In this document: in pieces, positions 37,601 through 50,246 of the stretch
How positions within the stretch are numbered: position 1 is the stretch's first letter
How the letters are laid out: the number at the start of each line of letters is the position of its first letter
Source: Hamiltosporidium tvaerminnensis FI-OER-3-3
Taxonomy: Eukaryota > Fungi > Microsporidia
Length of the DNA: 64,000 bases
Direction of reading: 5' to 3'
Assembly: GCA_022605425.2 (NCBI GenBank)
Contig: JAKIMF020000007.1
Location: 744,001 to 808,000, forward strand
The notes under the pieces: model-generated
What the model was told of the DNA's origin: nothing
Databases searched by the model: none
Seen by the model: only the letters and a program-made list of their open reading frames with translations
Position numbers and translations under genes: made by a program

Positions 37601-38486
37601 TAATATGCATTCTGGATTGCGGAAACTATGGGCTAACACTGTAATAAATCCGGTAAAAAATAGATCATTTGGCGACTCGATGTTAGAAAATTCTCGGTCA
37701 TAGCTACACCAGACAGTTAAATGAAGTAATCGGATACCTGCATCTTCTTTTTCTATATGTATACAAATTTAGGTTGTCAAAACGAATTAGAAGCCACTCA
37801 GTCAAAGAAATTCTTAATAATCACTATGGGGATAAGAATGGACATCGGGATAAAAACTGATGTCAAGATTCGGTGTAATAGATCCGTTATATTTATTTTA
37901 GATAAGAGAAAAAATAAGATTAGACTCATTGAAGTAGGAATAAACTCCTAGAATTTACTTTAAATAGTTGAAACGGAAAAACTCAAAAAGTATGATCTGC
38001 TAGCAAATAAATTAAGTGTTATTTATAAATCGAGTGTTAAGTTAATCTTTTATGTAGTGACCTGGGGCGGTATTGTGACAAAATACCAATACTTATACTT
38101 CAAAAGACCGCAAATTTCCATCGATATAGGAGCATATATTTAGTCGATAGTACTTAAGGAGAAGTCGAATATTTTCTTTGATCGACGAGAAGAACTTAAT
38201 TTGTAAACAAATGCAAAGGGGGCCATTAAAAGTTATTGAAGAAGCTGAGTTGCATAAGCAAGGAAAACACGCTTTAAAAGAAGCACGAAATTAGGAAGAT
38301 TGTGTTAAACAAGTAAATTTCAAAAAATATTGTGCCCCTTATTTTGGATGGCGTAACCTCAATGAAGGAATCGACAATAATTATAAACAAAGAGTCGAAT
38401 TTAGAGGAATATAATAAAGTGGTTAAAATATTAGAAAAATTATTTACGGAAGAGAAAATATATTAATTCAGCTTTTATCGAATAAA
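34622..38486 (+). mobile_element. Old, heavily decayed full-length copy E of the R4-clade element
   Basis: Colinear nucleotide similarity to copy A from aaataaaagctgca through IKTDVKIR..LIEVGI to the 3' UTR-like ttttatcgaataaa; many stops and indels. Confidence 0.88.
37210..37369. mobile_element. Putative solo LTR (160 bp) nested in copy E
   Basis: Sequence absent from copy A at this point; flanked by 5-bp direct repeat CTAAT; ends TATCAT...ATGTCA (degenerate TGTCAT/ATGACA); internal AATAAA. Confidence 0.55.
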
Positions 38487-40008
38487 TTATTTTTCCTCAG
38501 TGAAAATAAGGTAAATTTTAGATAAATTTCAAGGAATGAATGATTAAATTCAGTTATCAAAGTTAATTTTATTGAATGAGTTCTAGATTCTTATCAAAAC
38601 ATAATAATATTTCTTTAGCACCAAATATTCTGTTTTTTAAGAATTTGAAGAAAATAAATGGAAAAAATTCCTGTAAATAGCTTCACTCTCTGTCGATTTT
38701 ATAAAGAATTTACAAATTTTTGCTTAGTGCCATAATTTATAGGTAAGTTATAGCTTTGGGTACGACAATTATTAAATTAATCAATAATGTTTAAATGAAC
38801 GGGGTTTACTCAATTTTGACATTTTAAATTTACATATCAGTTTCTATTCCATTTAAATATAGAAAATTATCAAAACTTTTTATTTCAATATCTATAAATG
38901 AAAATCTCAATGTATCTAAATATAATTTAATTAAATTGTTAAGAATCTCGTTTGCACTATTAAAACAATGTCTAATGAAATAAAGACAGCATTTTTTTAA
39001 TAAATAGATTTCAGAAAATCAAATGAATTAACATATTTCTTATAATAACTAAAATTTGCTTTGGTTTCACTTATGTACTTAAATTGATAATTAAAAAAAA
39101 ATTCATTATGAATTTCGAAATATACTTACTATGATATTTGTGTTAGTATATATGTTTTTCCTAAAAATTTGTTTATATTCTTTAGTTTAAAAAAATTCTA
39201 ATTGATGGAAACTAAATAATAGTTGTTGGAATTAAAAATTTGCAAACTTCTATGCATTATATAAAACCTTTGAGTTTTTTCTTGGCTTTTCTCTGTAAGT
39301 AATTATTAAGATAATAAAAACAATTATTTTCCATTCATTTTACGTACAAATATTATTCTTTTAGTAGACTGATTTAGTTTGGCGAACACTATTTTAAATT
39401 GACGTAGTTTTATCAATAAATAATTTAAAAAGAATTTTTTTTAAAATTCCTAATATATAGAAAATCGTAAATTGACGACTTTTTTTACTATTTTGATTGA
39501 TTTTCTTATTTTTAAAATAATTCATTTTTAATTTAGAAATCAACAATGTTAATCTTATTACATAATAAAAAATTAAGATATTTAAAATTCTATTAAAGTT
39601 AAAAACCAAATATATACCAACAAATATCCGAAAACGATATTATATTATTGCAATTTATTACCTTTTATTTTGTAATTCCTTTAATTTTTTTTTTAATTTA
39701 TAGAACTACATTTATTAAACTTGTTTGGTATCAAACCGAAAATAATACTACGACTTTTTTTATAAAAATCTCACAGTTAAAATCATCTATCAATATGCAT
39801 TTCCGCTTTAAAAGTCTATAATAGCAAAATTTATTCTACAAATAATTATTTTTCAAAACTTTGGCCAAATTTTTTAACGGACCAATTTATTGATCTTTTT
39901 ATACTTTCTTTCTGAATCAATTAATTTTAGTCAATTATTTTTGTTCCATCAAAATTTTTTTGCTTATTTTAGCCAAAAAGGAAAAAGCTATAATTAAAAA
40001 AAAAATAA

Positions 40009-41883
40009 ATGACACTCCAAATGATTATTTTTATTTTCGGATTTATTTTTGCATCTCAAAAAACAACTTCATATACCAGAGAAGAAAAACACATGAATGC
40101 AACAGAAAACAGCTTTCCTCTTCAATATGTTGGCAATGTAGCAAATAGAATGAATAGTGAATCAAAACGTAAAATTGATAATATAGGAGACACGAATAAA
40201 TTTTTTTCTAAAAAAAATAAAATTTCAGATGATCATAATATATTTACACAAACAGAATACCAGACCGAAATTTTGAAAATGGTATCATCTCGCGATCTGA
40301 CAATGCCAGATAGAAGATTCAAACTTTCTAAATTCAAAATTTATTCCTATTATGAAAATAAATACTCTCGCAATATTATAGCTACGTCTTTTGATAAAAG
40401 CTGTAAAAAAACAACTTATTTAGAAAAAGATAAACACGATGTTTCTGATAGACACACTGATACCTTTCAAGGAAATCCCATGCCTTCTTGCAGTTATGAA
40501 ATCTCTGTTTCTCCTCAAAGAAAAACAAATGATATTAAATTTAAACCAAAAGGGCGAAATTCAAAACGATTTAACCTGAAAACTTTAGGTGCTGATTCCG
40601 AAATTCTCATTAAAAATCAATTTCAGAACAAGAAGCTTGCAGCTGTAGAACATATGTCAAAATCTAATAGTAATAAAAGTCTAGTTATGCGCTCATTGAG
40701 AATTTTGGTTTCAAAATTAAAAAATATTTCAGAAGATGAAAATGTTCTTGGCTTACTAGAAGTTATATCGCCACATTTAGAAGGTGAAAATACTGAACTT
40801 GTGCAAAATATTTTTAAAGATAAGGAAAAGCCCGGGGAGGACAGTAATCTTGAAACAGATACTTTTAGCAGCTTTGAAACCAGACTTAATGAAAAAATCG
40901 AAAAAATAAGATCAGCTGAAGATATATCAGATAAAGAGTTATACATATTATTAGAATTTTCAAATCATATTGTTGAGTATGAAAAAAATTCTGATAGAGA
41001 AAGCCCTAGTACAAACAAAAATGAGATATTATCTCGTTTTAAATTCGATGATCTTCTAGATATATTTTATAACAAAGAAGAATATTTGATTTTAAGTGAA
41101 TTTGCTTTTTTGTTAAATTATCATGATAAAAAAAAAATTGAAATAAGACAAAACCATGTTTTATACGTTAGATTTATTTTTTCTTTGCTAAAAAAATACA
41201 TAAATCAGATTATTAAACTGCGGAATAACATCAAACACCATGATCATAATTTAACTAAGTATATTTTTAGATGTAGATGCATTATATTCATGTTATTACA
41301 TGGATTAGAAGGGTTTGTAATCAGAAAATATTTATATTTTGCCATGAGTAATCTTATATGTCAAAACGAAATTTGTTATAGAAAAAAATTCTTTTCTAAT
41401 TATTTGGTTTTTTCGTTTCATTTAAACATTATTTTGCATACATCGTTTTCTAACATTTCTATCTCTAAATCCAAAGTAATATCAAAAATATATGATTTAT
41501 TTAGTTTATTTGCGAATTCAGAAGACGGAAGTAATACACTCAACCAAAATAAACTATTCAGAGAATTCACTCATAAATATATGGGCATAGATACGATCAG
41601 AAACACTATTGAAGTTTATGAATATTACAAAACAAAATCATTTCTCTTAAAAAAATTCAAATTTTACAAATATATGGAAAGTTTAATTTATCCGAAATAT
41701 GCAAATAATGATAGCAATATGACTGATTTAAACAATGATATTCTCTTAGATATATTTCGCGTAAATCTTTTGGTTGAGAAACTACATACAAGAATAATAT
41801 TTCATCATTTAAATTTTAAAGAACAGACCTATAATAGATCCTTCGAAGAACTTATTAGAAAAATAGAACAATATATTCAATAA
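40009..41883 (+). CDS. Hypothetical secreted protein, 624 aa
   Basis: Intact long ORF; N-terminal hydrophobic MTLQMIIFIFGFIFAS; hydrophilic N-half and helical-looking C-half. Confidence 0.8.
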   Translation: MTLQMIIFIFGFIFASQKTTSYTREEKHMNATENSFPLQYVGNVANRMNSESKRKIDNIGDTNKFFSKKNKISDDHNIFTQTEYQTEILKMVSSRDLTMPDRRFKLSKFKIYSYYENKYSRNIIATSFDKSCKKTTYLEKDKHDVSDRHTDTFQGNPMPSCSYEISVSPQRKTNDIKFKPKGRNSKRFNLKTLGADSEILIKNQFQNKKLAAVEHMSKSNSNKSLVMRSLRILVSKLKNISEDENVLGLLEVISPHLEGENTELVQNIFKDKEKPGEDSNLETDTFSSFETRLNEKIEKIRSAEDISDKELYILLEFSNHIVEYEKNSDRESPSTNKNEILSRFKFDDLLDIFYNKEEYLILSEFAFLLNYHDKKKIEIRQNHVLYVRFIFSLLKKYINQIIKLRNNIKHHDHNLTKYIFRCRCIIFMLLHGLEGFVIRKYLYFAMSNLICQNEICYRKKFFSNYLVFSFHLNIILHTSFSNISISKSKVISKIYDLFSLFANSEDGSNTLNQNKLFREFTHKYMGIDTIRNTIEVYEYYKTKSFLLKKFKFYKYMESLIYPKYANNDSNMTDLNNDILLDIFRVNLLVEKLHTRIIFHHLNFKEQTYNRSFEELIRKIEQYIQ

Positions 41884-42448
41884 CATATCAATTGCAATGA
41901 GATATATTCTAAAACCATCTAAACTTACAAACATTTTCAAACTCGAAAACAAGAACGCATCTAAAACTTTCAATAGTATTCCAAAAATTATAATTTTAAT
42001 AAATATTTAATAATATTTTCATAGTACTCTAATTTATCTACTCGCATTTTTTATAATCAAAATTTAGTGTAATATATTTTGAAAGAATAATTTTCGGAGT
42101 ATAGAAAATTGAGAAAAAATATGAAGCATCTTGAATCCTCCATTAAAATATCAATAAACAATTAAAATATTTTTTATGAGCTTTTCAAATTTCAAAATTT
42201 TATAAAAAAATGCTTCGATTTAAATTTCTTCTTATGGATTTTCTAATTTTTGGTAAATAAATTGATTATCCTGTTTTTTTATACACTTCGAGAAATATAA
42301 CTAATAATTTACCATTTGTAGTTGTATTTAGAACATAATAAAGTTATTAGAGGGGTATTAAAAAAGATTCATACTATTAAAAAATCAAGGAGTTTTCTTC
42401 TTTGCTTTTATTTAATATATTAAGTTGTATTCATCCAATGATATAAAC

Positions 42449-43777
42449 CAAGGGTCTCCAAAATTTTTGGCTAGCGAGCTACATTGACTTCTAATAAAAA
42501 AGTCCTAAGTGCTAATAACTCATTACTATTTATGGTGCAATACTAAAAATATTTCTGCAATTTTTATTATTAATATTGTTAAATCATCTGATATTTAAGA
42601 TTTCATACTGATGGTCATAAAATATACATGTATATTAAGAAATTTCTATGTAAAAATAGACAAATAAATTACTGAAATTTTCTAACTGTCTTCAAGCTAC
42701 ATAATTCAATCACGTTAATTAAATTTCTCGTGGTTTTATTTCTCTTTTTGGCTCTACCTATTTTGGGGAAGAAACATTCTCTAAATATAATACACAAACC
42801 TTCTTTACAGACTAAATTAACAGATAAGCCCTTGAATTCATTACTGATAATTTCTACAAGTCAATTTAACCCACGATTTCAACAATCATCATTAAAAAAT
42901 CTCAACTATATCAATCTCATTAATAAAAAATTATGCTATATAGTTTTTGTTATTTCATTTTGATTTTTTGGTATATTTTATTCAATAAAATTCTAAATTT
43001 AAACTTTTTTTATCTTTTTTGTATATTTTCTTCTACCTGTTCAACCCCTTTCGTTTCTTTTTCTAAATCCGACTCTGCCTTGTCTTTTATCGTCGGTTCC
43101 TCAAACGTGTTTCTCCTTCTGAAATAAAGAGTGTAGTATTTTTTGTATTTAAAATTTTAACATCATCTTCCATATTTTTTGCTTCTTTTAAAGGGAGCAT
43201 TGGCTCCTCCTGCATCTCTGCTCTCATAATAACAACCGTTGACGCTCCCTCCCAGCGCTCTTCAGAATTGGAGTCGAAGCAAGTTCTCTTCATCGATCAA
43301 AAGAAATCTTTACGACTGTCTTTTCTAGTACTATCGACTGGATATATGCCTCTACATTATAGAGTATTTTCCGTCTTTTTAGGTGTGACTCATGGTATTT
43401 GGTCACAATACCGTTCCAGGTCGTTACATACGGGATTATCCCAACACTTCACTTATAAATAAGACCCAAATCATCTTCTAGCAGGTCATATTGTCTAAGT
43501 TTCCCAGTTTACACTACCTGAAGGGAATCTTGGGAAGTTGATTGTTTTTAGTAAAAAATAATAAAAATAAAATTTCTGATTTAAAAAAAACTGAAAACAA
43601 TGTGAATATTCTTTATATTACAAACCCATACCTAAATTTCTATAATTTCAAATCTTTTTATATGATTTATCTGTCTTTTTTTATTCTATTTTCTTGAGTA
43701 AAAAAAATATACTTAGTAAAAAACAATCTTGGCAAGTCAAAAAAATGTGGCGGCAAACCGAAGTTTGGAGACTCTTG
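42449..43777. mobile_element. hAT-like MITE copy 1, interrupted by retrotransposon fragment F
   Basis: Terminal inverted repeats CAAGGGTCTCCAAA ... TTTGGAGACTCTTG; degenerate 8-bp flanks ATATAAAC / ATAAAGCC; internal similarity to 56730-57344. Confidence 0.7.
42976..43540 (-). mobile_element. Decayed 3' fragment F of the R4-clade element
   Basis: Minus strand matches the SQDSLQ..VIMRAEMQEEP..3' UTR region of copy A. Confidence 0.9.
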
Positions 43778-46284
43778 ATAAAGCCATTGAAAACAGTAAA
43801 AGATTGATTCTTAACTTAATTTAAAAAAAAATTAAAAGATCGGATGTATATTGTCTTAAATCCTGTATAATTATATACAGAGATATGGATATCCTAAGAA
43901 TTTGGTTATATTATAATTTAAAGATCCATTTTTTTAATATTCATGTAATAGTTAATGAGATAGTAATATAAAGTCTAAATCTGCGGATCTTTGTGTGATT
44001 TAGTTCAATCGTATGTTTAAATTGCTTTTAAATTAAATTTATATCTATATATGTTTTACTTGTTTATATTTTTTGAGTAAAATTTCTCATATAATATAAC
44101 CAATCCAGATTAAATATAATATTTCCGAAAAAAAAACTTAAAAAAAGCTCAATATGAGCATCTAAACATATTTTATTATAACTTATACTACCAGACAACT
44201 CTGCAGATCCGTATTCTTTTCGAAGAATTTTTTAGCGAGCTTGAAGCTAATAAATAAGATCAAAAAATTCAGATTAATTATATTTAATTTACTTGTCAAT
44301 GAGCTAGGGGCCAGGGTATTTGAATTTGGTTTCATTAGGCCAGATTTGTTAAATTTTTCATTTTTTGAATAAGAAAAGCATGCTTTGTTTTGAAAAGCAT
44401 ACGAATTCAAAGAGAAATGACTATTAAAGCATCTGAAGTGGCGAAGTTCTAATTCATTTGTGAATTTTTCGACTCGTAGAGAAATAAGCAAGTTAAAAAA
44501 TTTCTGATTCCAAATTGACTTTATTTGTAGAATATTTTTTATTCACTGTCTACGTTTTGGGTTGATATAGGGCATATATTTAACTAAGAAATATAAATTT
44601 TAAGATGATATTATCTCTATTAAAAATATTTTGATAAGAGATAATGTTAATTTTGATTGAAGCGCAATTATCTGAAAACTTCATACTATAATAGAATATT
44701 ATTTTATTAATAATTTAAATTAATATTTTAAAGTAAAAAATCTAAAAAAATCGGTTTTCCTCCAAAATTCCTCACGTATTCATTCTTCTTTGTTTAAAAT
44801 TTAGAAAATTAAAATCTTACGTAAAGATTAGACCTCAATTTGTTAACATTTTGTAAGTTGAATCTTTATAGAAGATTTAATTGTTTTTTCCATAAGGAAT
44901 TATAAAGGTAGGAAAACTTAAAAATAAAAAGACTTAAAATGATTAACTTGCATCAATTTTCTAAATCAAAATTTTAAAATTTTTATAAAAAAAATTTAAC
45001 TCCAGTAAAAATAATTTTTGTTCTATATAGACATTCAAACAAATTAAATTACCTTGCATACTTTTTTACAATATTTTAACACTATTTCGTATTTTATTTT
45101 TTTGATTCTTGTAAAGGCATTTATTTTAAAAAATAAGCCATTGTTTTAAGCTTCCTCTATCAATTAATCATGAATATTTATTACAAGCTTGGTCAGATTT
45201 TTGTTTACAGAAGTTATAATTTCATACCAAAAACTTATTTTTTTAAAGAAACTTTATATTTTGAAGATTATGATTGGAATTATAGAAAGAAATCCATTTT
45301 TATACAATATATTAAAAAGTATAAAAATAAAAAAAACATTCTTAAATAGCTAAATCATAGATTCGTAAATTTTATTGTTTTTTTTTCATCTAATATTTTG
45401 CTTCAATATTAGATTTTTATTCTTCAGATTTGTGATAATTGATTTTTAGGCATGCCTGTATAAAATTATTTTTCTTAATCAATCCAATTTTTTTTTATAT
45501 TATTTCTTATTAAAAAAAATAAAATTTAACCAGAGTGTGTATTAATCATGTTTTTTTCTGATATTTAGGTTGATTTTTTCTTATAAATATTTTTCTGGCT
45601 CTAATAATCGGCGCTCACGAACGTATTGAGCAATATTTTAGATTCAATCTATTGTGTGTCTTGAAACGCTTCAAAATTTCTACTTGCTAAGACGCAAAAT
45701 GATCTTAAACTTTTTTATATTTTTTTTCTCAATATTTACATAAGATTCTATAGAAATTAAATTTTGATTTATAGTAACTGATCAAATCAATAGTGCTTAA
45801 ACCTATGCCTATAAAATTGATTCTTTGGAGAAGAATCTGATGCCATTGATCTGAAATATGGCTATTTGGTTTTATTCGTTTAATTATATTATATCAAGGT
45901 AGCTTGGGGTAAACTACACTACTTGTAAAAAAATCTCGATCTTTATATGTTATATCGTGTTTTATTCGCTAATTATTAGATATTCATCCAATATAACTTA
46001 TAAACAAACATTGACGAACCAAAACCAATATTTTTAAGCGCATTTGTACAAAATATTTTTTTAAAAATATTTATAAGGAATTATTTTGTATTGCTTTAGA
46101 AATAAACAAAGGCTTATTTAAATTAGAAAGATAATCAAGTTATGTTTGTTTCTCCGATATTTTTAAAAATAAAAAAGATAAATCCTTTTGAGGCTGAGGC
46201 TAGAAAAGTAACTTATAAAAATGTATTTTTAACAAATTAAATATTATTATAACTCGTAAAAAATAGAAACTAAATATTTGTTTA

Positions 46285-46590
46285 TTAAAACATCAATAAA
46301 TCAGAACCTCCTGTTTGTTGACCCATAATTTCAACTTCATCTCCATTTTTCATTCCAAGTGATTCTGGTGACTCGTTCAAATCAAAAAAGATTCCGTTAT
46401 AAGCAACTCTCAAAACTTTTGGATTTTTGCTTCTGGCCTCACAATATTTCTTAAGAATTTTTGCAAAAGGAATACTTTTCCTGACTTTGAATTCTATTTC
46501 GGTTCTTTCACTATCATATACTTTGATATTTACATATTCTTGTTCCTCTTCTTTATTATTATCATCATTTTCTTCTATTACTTTTGCCAT
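46285..46590 (-). CDS. SMT3: SUMO (Smt3) precursor, ~101 aa
   Basis: YVNIKV..EIEFKVRK..PFAKILKKYC..SPESLGMKNGDEVE..QQTGG plus tail SDLLMF; true start likely the ATG at 46590 after CCCTCCA. Confidence 0.92.
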   Translation of the reverse strand: MAKVIEENDDNNKEEEQEYVNIKVYDSERTEIEFKVRKSIPFAKILKKYCEARSKNPKVLRVAYNGIFFDLNESPESLGMKNGDEVEIMGQQTGGSDLLMF

Positions 46591-47118
46591 TGGAGGGATA
46601 TTTTTTTTTAAAAAATCCGATATAAAAATACAAGATTTATATTTTAGTTTTTTATATTTGGCCGAAAGAATAAAAGACCAGAAATTTTCCTTCATAAAAA
46701 CTTGATATTTTATTGAATTATATTCAATATAAAAAACCATTTAAATTCCAGTGACATCCAATTTTACTATCTTGGCTGCAAATCCCTCGAATTTAAAAGT
46801 CCAATAACTAATCTTTTGTTAATATAGGATTTATAAAATTGAAAACAAGTAAATTTCTTATAAATTTTTGGAAAAGAAATTTGCATTTGAACAGCAAATA
46901 TTATACAAAATAGAATACTTTGACAAACGTTAATATATGTTTTTTATTATACATTATTGTATTTATCCAGTTTTAATCATCAATTGTCTTTATATTATAC
47001 CCATATTACTCTATTTTAATGTGTTGTTTCAAATTTATGAGTGTAAATAATTATTTGGTTCAAAAATAGAACTTTTCGCCAATTAAATTTGAACATAGCA
47101 CGTTACGATTTATAGGAA

Positions 47119-47290
47119 TTTTTTTTATTTAATAAAATTCTGAGTTACAAAAATTTATGTTCTTTTAAAATTTTCCTTCTAGTTCATTAAGCATGATCTT
47201 TATTCAACTAGAATTGAACCTTCATTTATGTTTATTGTCGGCTCCTCCTCTGAAATATAGGGGGTGTTATTTTTTGTTGGATTAAAATTT
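47119..47290 (-). mobile_element. Short decayed 3' end G of the R4-clade element; a further matching piece lies at ~48232-48251
   Basis: Reverse complement of the 3' UTR (ttttttatttaataaaattctgagtta) and of EPT-INE coding sequence; ctcataataacacctattga matches the GVIMR codons. Confidence 0.7.
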
Positions 47291-48600
47291 GTCCCCCCCC
47301 CAATTTTATTTTGTTGCCCCTGACAAAAAATAAAAAAAGCTGCGAGAATATGGCATTGACTTAAATCCTATCAAACTTTTCGTATTTAAAATTTAAATTT
47401 AATACTTTGTATTGTCTCCACCAAATTTTCTTATTCTAAATGGTTGATTTTAGGCGTTTCTTCTAAAATTTTACACAATTTTGTTTTTATTTTATTATGT
47501 GCCTTCTTGGTATTTCATTATGTCTCTCCTCTACGTTGTTCCTTATTACATTCTCCGGTTCAATTGCATTAATCTGGGTAAAAGAATGCTAATAAAATAT
47601 TTGTTTGTAAACCATTTTATTTAAAGTGCATTTAAATAACATTTTATTTATAAGTATCACATCTTTTTAAAACAGTTACAAGTGTTACATTTGTTTTCAT
47701 GTCATTAACGCAGTTCAAGGTTTAAAATAAATAACTGCTACAATAACACTCTATCAGTACCCCTTGCGATACCTACATCTCAAAGCCTTTCATCTACCAG
47801 GTAGTAAAACCTAATTACTAGGCGAGGCAGTTGCCCGAAGTTTGTTAATGTGCGTTGCATGGAGTTTGATCGAAGGTCGATGCCCCCCTTGGGCTCCCCC
47901 AAGACTATGCAGCATTCCCACTTACTCTACACTTTCCTAACCCAATAAACTTCTAGCTAAGATATATTTCAGAGATTTACATGGGGTCCAACTAGACAGT
48001 GCAGTGTTATACCAACAGGTATAACTTGCTACTTAGTATTCCTTGTCTTTTTCAGGGGTTTATTTTGTATTTCCCGGGTGCTATGTTTTCTAATTTGAGT
48101 GAGCAAGCCTAAGCTTCTACGCTTTTACATGGAAATTACCTACAATTTCAGCTGCGGTCTGCAATCGGGTTACATAAAAAACTACAAATAAATTTGTAGA
48201 AAAAGTTTCTCCATTTCTTAGACCTCTCCTCCTCATAATAACACCTATTGAACAACCGAAGATGTAGTGTTGGTTGTATTTCCACCAAAAATTCAAACAA
48301 TGATCTTACACTAGTTTCTCACACTCATTGCCATGCAGAAAGTTTTTTATAAGGTTATCCACCTCCACATAATATTGTGATATATATGTATTTTGATACA
48401 ATAAATATGTATGATATAATAGGTATTATATAAGGAAACTGTTTTTTTTAATGAATGAAAATGTTATAGAAATTTAAATAGTATAAAACTGAAGAAGATA
48501 GAAATAGATTCGAAAACGAAACAAAAGGAATTAATTAGCTAAAGATATTAAAAAATTATTAGATAAATGATACAGAGATTGGTAGTATGTTATTTAAAAA

Positions 48601-50168
48601 TTTATGTAATAAAATTCTGGGTTAAAATATTTTTACCATTTTTTTATGTTTTCTTCTACCTCTTTAACCACTGCTGTCTCTTCTTCCAAATCCGACTCTT
48701 CTTTATGTTATTGTTCGGTTCCTCTAAAGTGGTTCCTTCTTGTGAAATAAGGGGTGTATTATTTTTTGGTTTTAAAGTTTTAACACCATCTTCCTCTCTT
48801 TTCGCTTCTTTTAAAGGGGGTATTGGTTTCTCATGCATCTCTGATCTCATAATAACACCCATTGACGCTCTCTCCCAGCTCTCTTCGGCATTTAGTCCTG
48901 ACTCAAGTCCTCTTCGTCGATCAAAGGAAATTGTTTCGACTGTTTTCTTAAGTACTATAGACTGAATGTATGCCTCTACATTCGTGGGTATTTCTAGCCT
49001 TTTAAGATGAGATTTATGGTATTTTGTCACAATACCGTCCCAGGTCATCACATAAAGGATTATCTCAACACTACACTTATAAATAAGACCTAACTCATTG
49101 GCTAGCAGGTCATACTTCCTAAGTTTTTCAGTTTCAACTATTTGAAGTGAATCTTGGGAAGTGATTCCTACTTCAATGAGTGTTATCTTATTCTTCTTCT
49201 TATCTAAAATAAATATTTCCGGTCTGTTATTCCGAATTTTAACATCAGTTTTAATTCTGGTGTCCACTCTTATCTCCGCATACTCATTATCAAGAATTTC
49301 TTGAACTGAGTGACTCCTAATTCGTTTTGAGGACTTAAACTTATATCTATTTAGGAGAAGTAAGTGTAGGCATCTAACCACTTCATTATGCCGTCTGGTG
49401 TAGTCATGGCCTAGCATTTTTTCACATCTAGTTGCTAGATGATCTACAGTCTTACCAGACTTCCCGCAATGTTGACACACCCCATCTGCTCCCCAGAATA
49501 CATTTCTATCCTGGATATAGCAGAACACAGCTTCATTTCGTGGCCTAATATTTCCTCTCTTTAGCCATCTTGAAGAGTCACTAACACTCACAAGCTCATT
49601 TTTTCTTGCATAATATAACTTTGAATGAAGTTTTCGTTTTTCTATTTCGTAATATAGTTTTGCAAGTTGAGCTTCTTCTAAACTTTTCTTAGTGACTTCT
49701 TCTACCAACCTGTACTTTACTTTTAAGAAGCCTTTTATTAGTTCAAGATGTGTTTTATTATTATTCTCCACTTCGCGGATTGCTGCTCGTCTAGTTGATA
49801 TTTCTTTACTTTTTTCCAGACAATCCAACAGTTGCAGAAGCATATGTTCGCTTCGCAACTCAACACTATGTAGGCCTCTTCCAAGTTCTGTTCTAGGAAG
49901 GTACAAACGCTCTTTACATCCTGGGCGAGGATGTATCTTATTCTTCACCAACAACGCACGCACTGCATCATATAACTCAGAGAAATCAGCCGGTTCAAGT
50001 CGAAGTACTCCTATGTGATAGTTGATTAACGATATCGCATGGTATTTGATTGCAGAAAATAAATTTTTTGCATTTAAAATAGTGTGACAAAGTCTTTCAA
50101 CTCTTTATAAGAGTTTGCTCTGTACTTCTTCAAATGAGCTACGTGTTGGAATTCCTCTGTTATCTTCT
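48601..50168 (-). mobile_element. R4-clade element, 5'-truncated copy D
   Basis: ORF 48656-49963 (RT C-terminal region, CCHC, RLE); 3' UTR ttttaacccagaattttattacataaa; homology ends at 50168. Confidence 0.95.
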
Positions 50169-50246
50169 TTTTTAAATAATTTCAAAAATATATTCTAATA
50201 TATTTTAAAAATAAAATTAAACATTAAAATTGGAAAATTAAAGGAT

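Noticed and set aside
46591-46740. 50-aa N-terminal extension on SUMO
   Set aside because: AT-rich upstream read-through; the CCC motif marks the ATG at 46590 as the likely start.
47800-47850. HDV-like ribozyme around CTGCCTCGCCTAG (minus strand)
   Set aside because: A P3/L3-like loop exists, but I could not build P1, P1.1 or P2 pairings.
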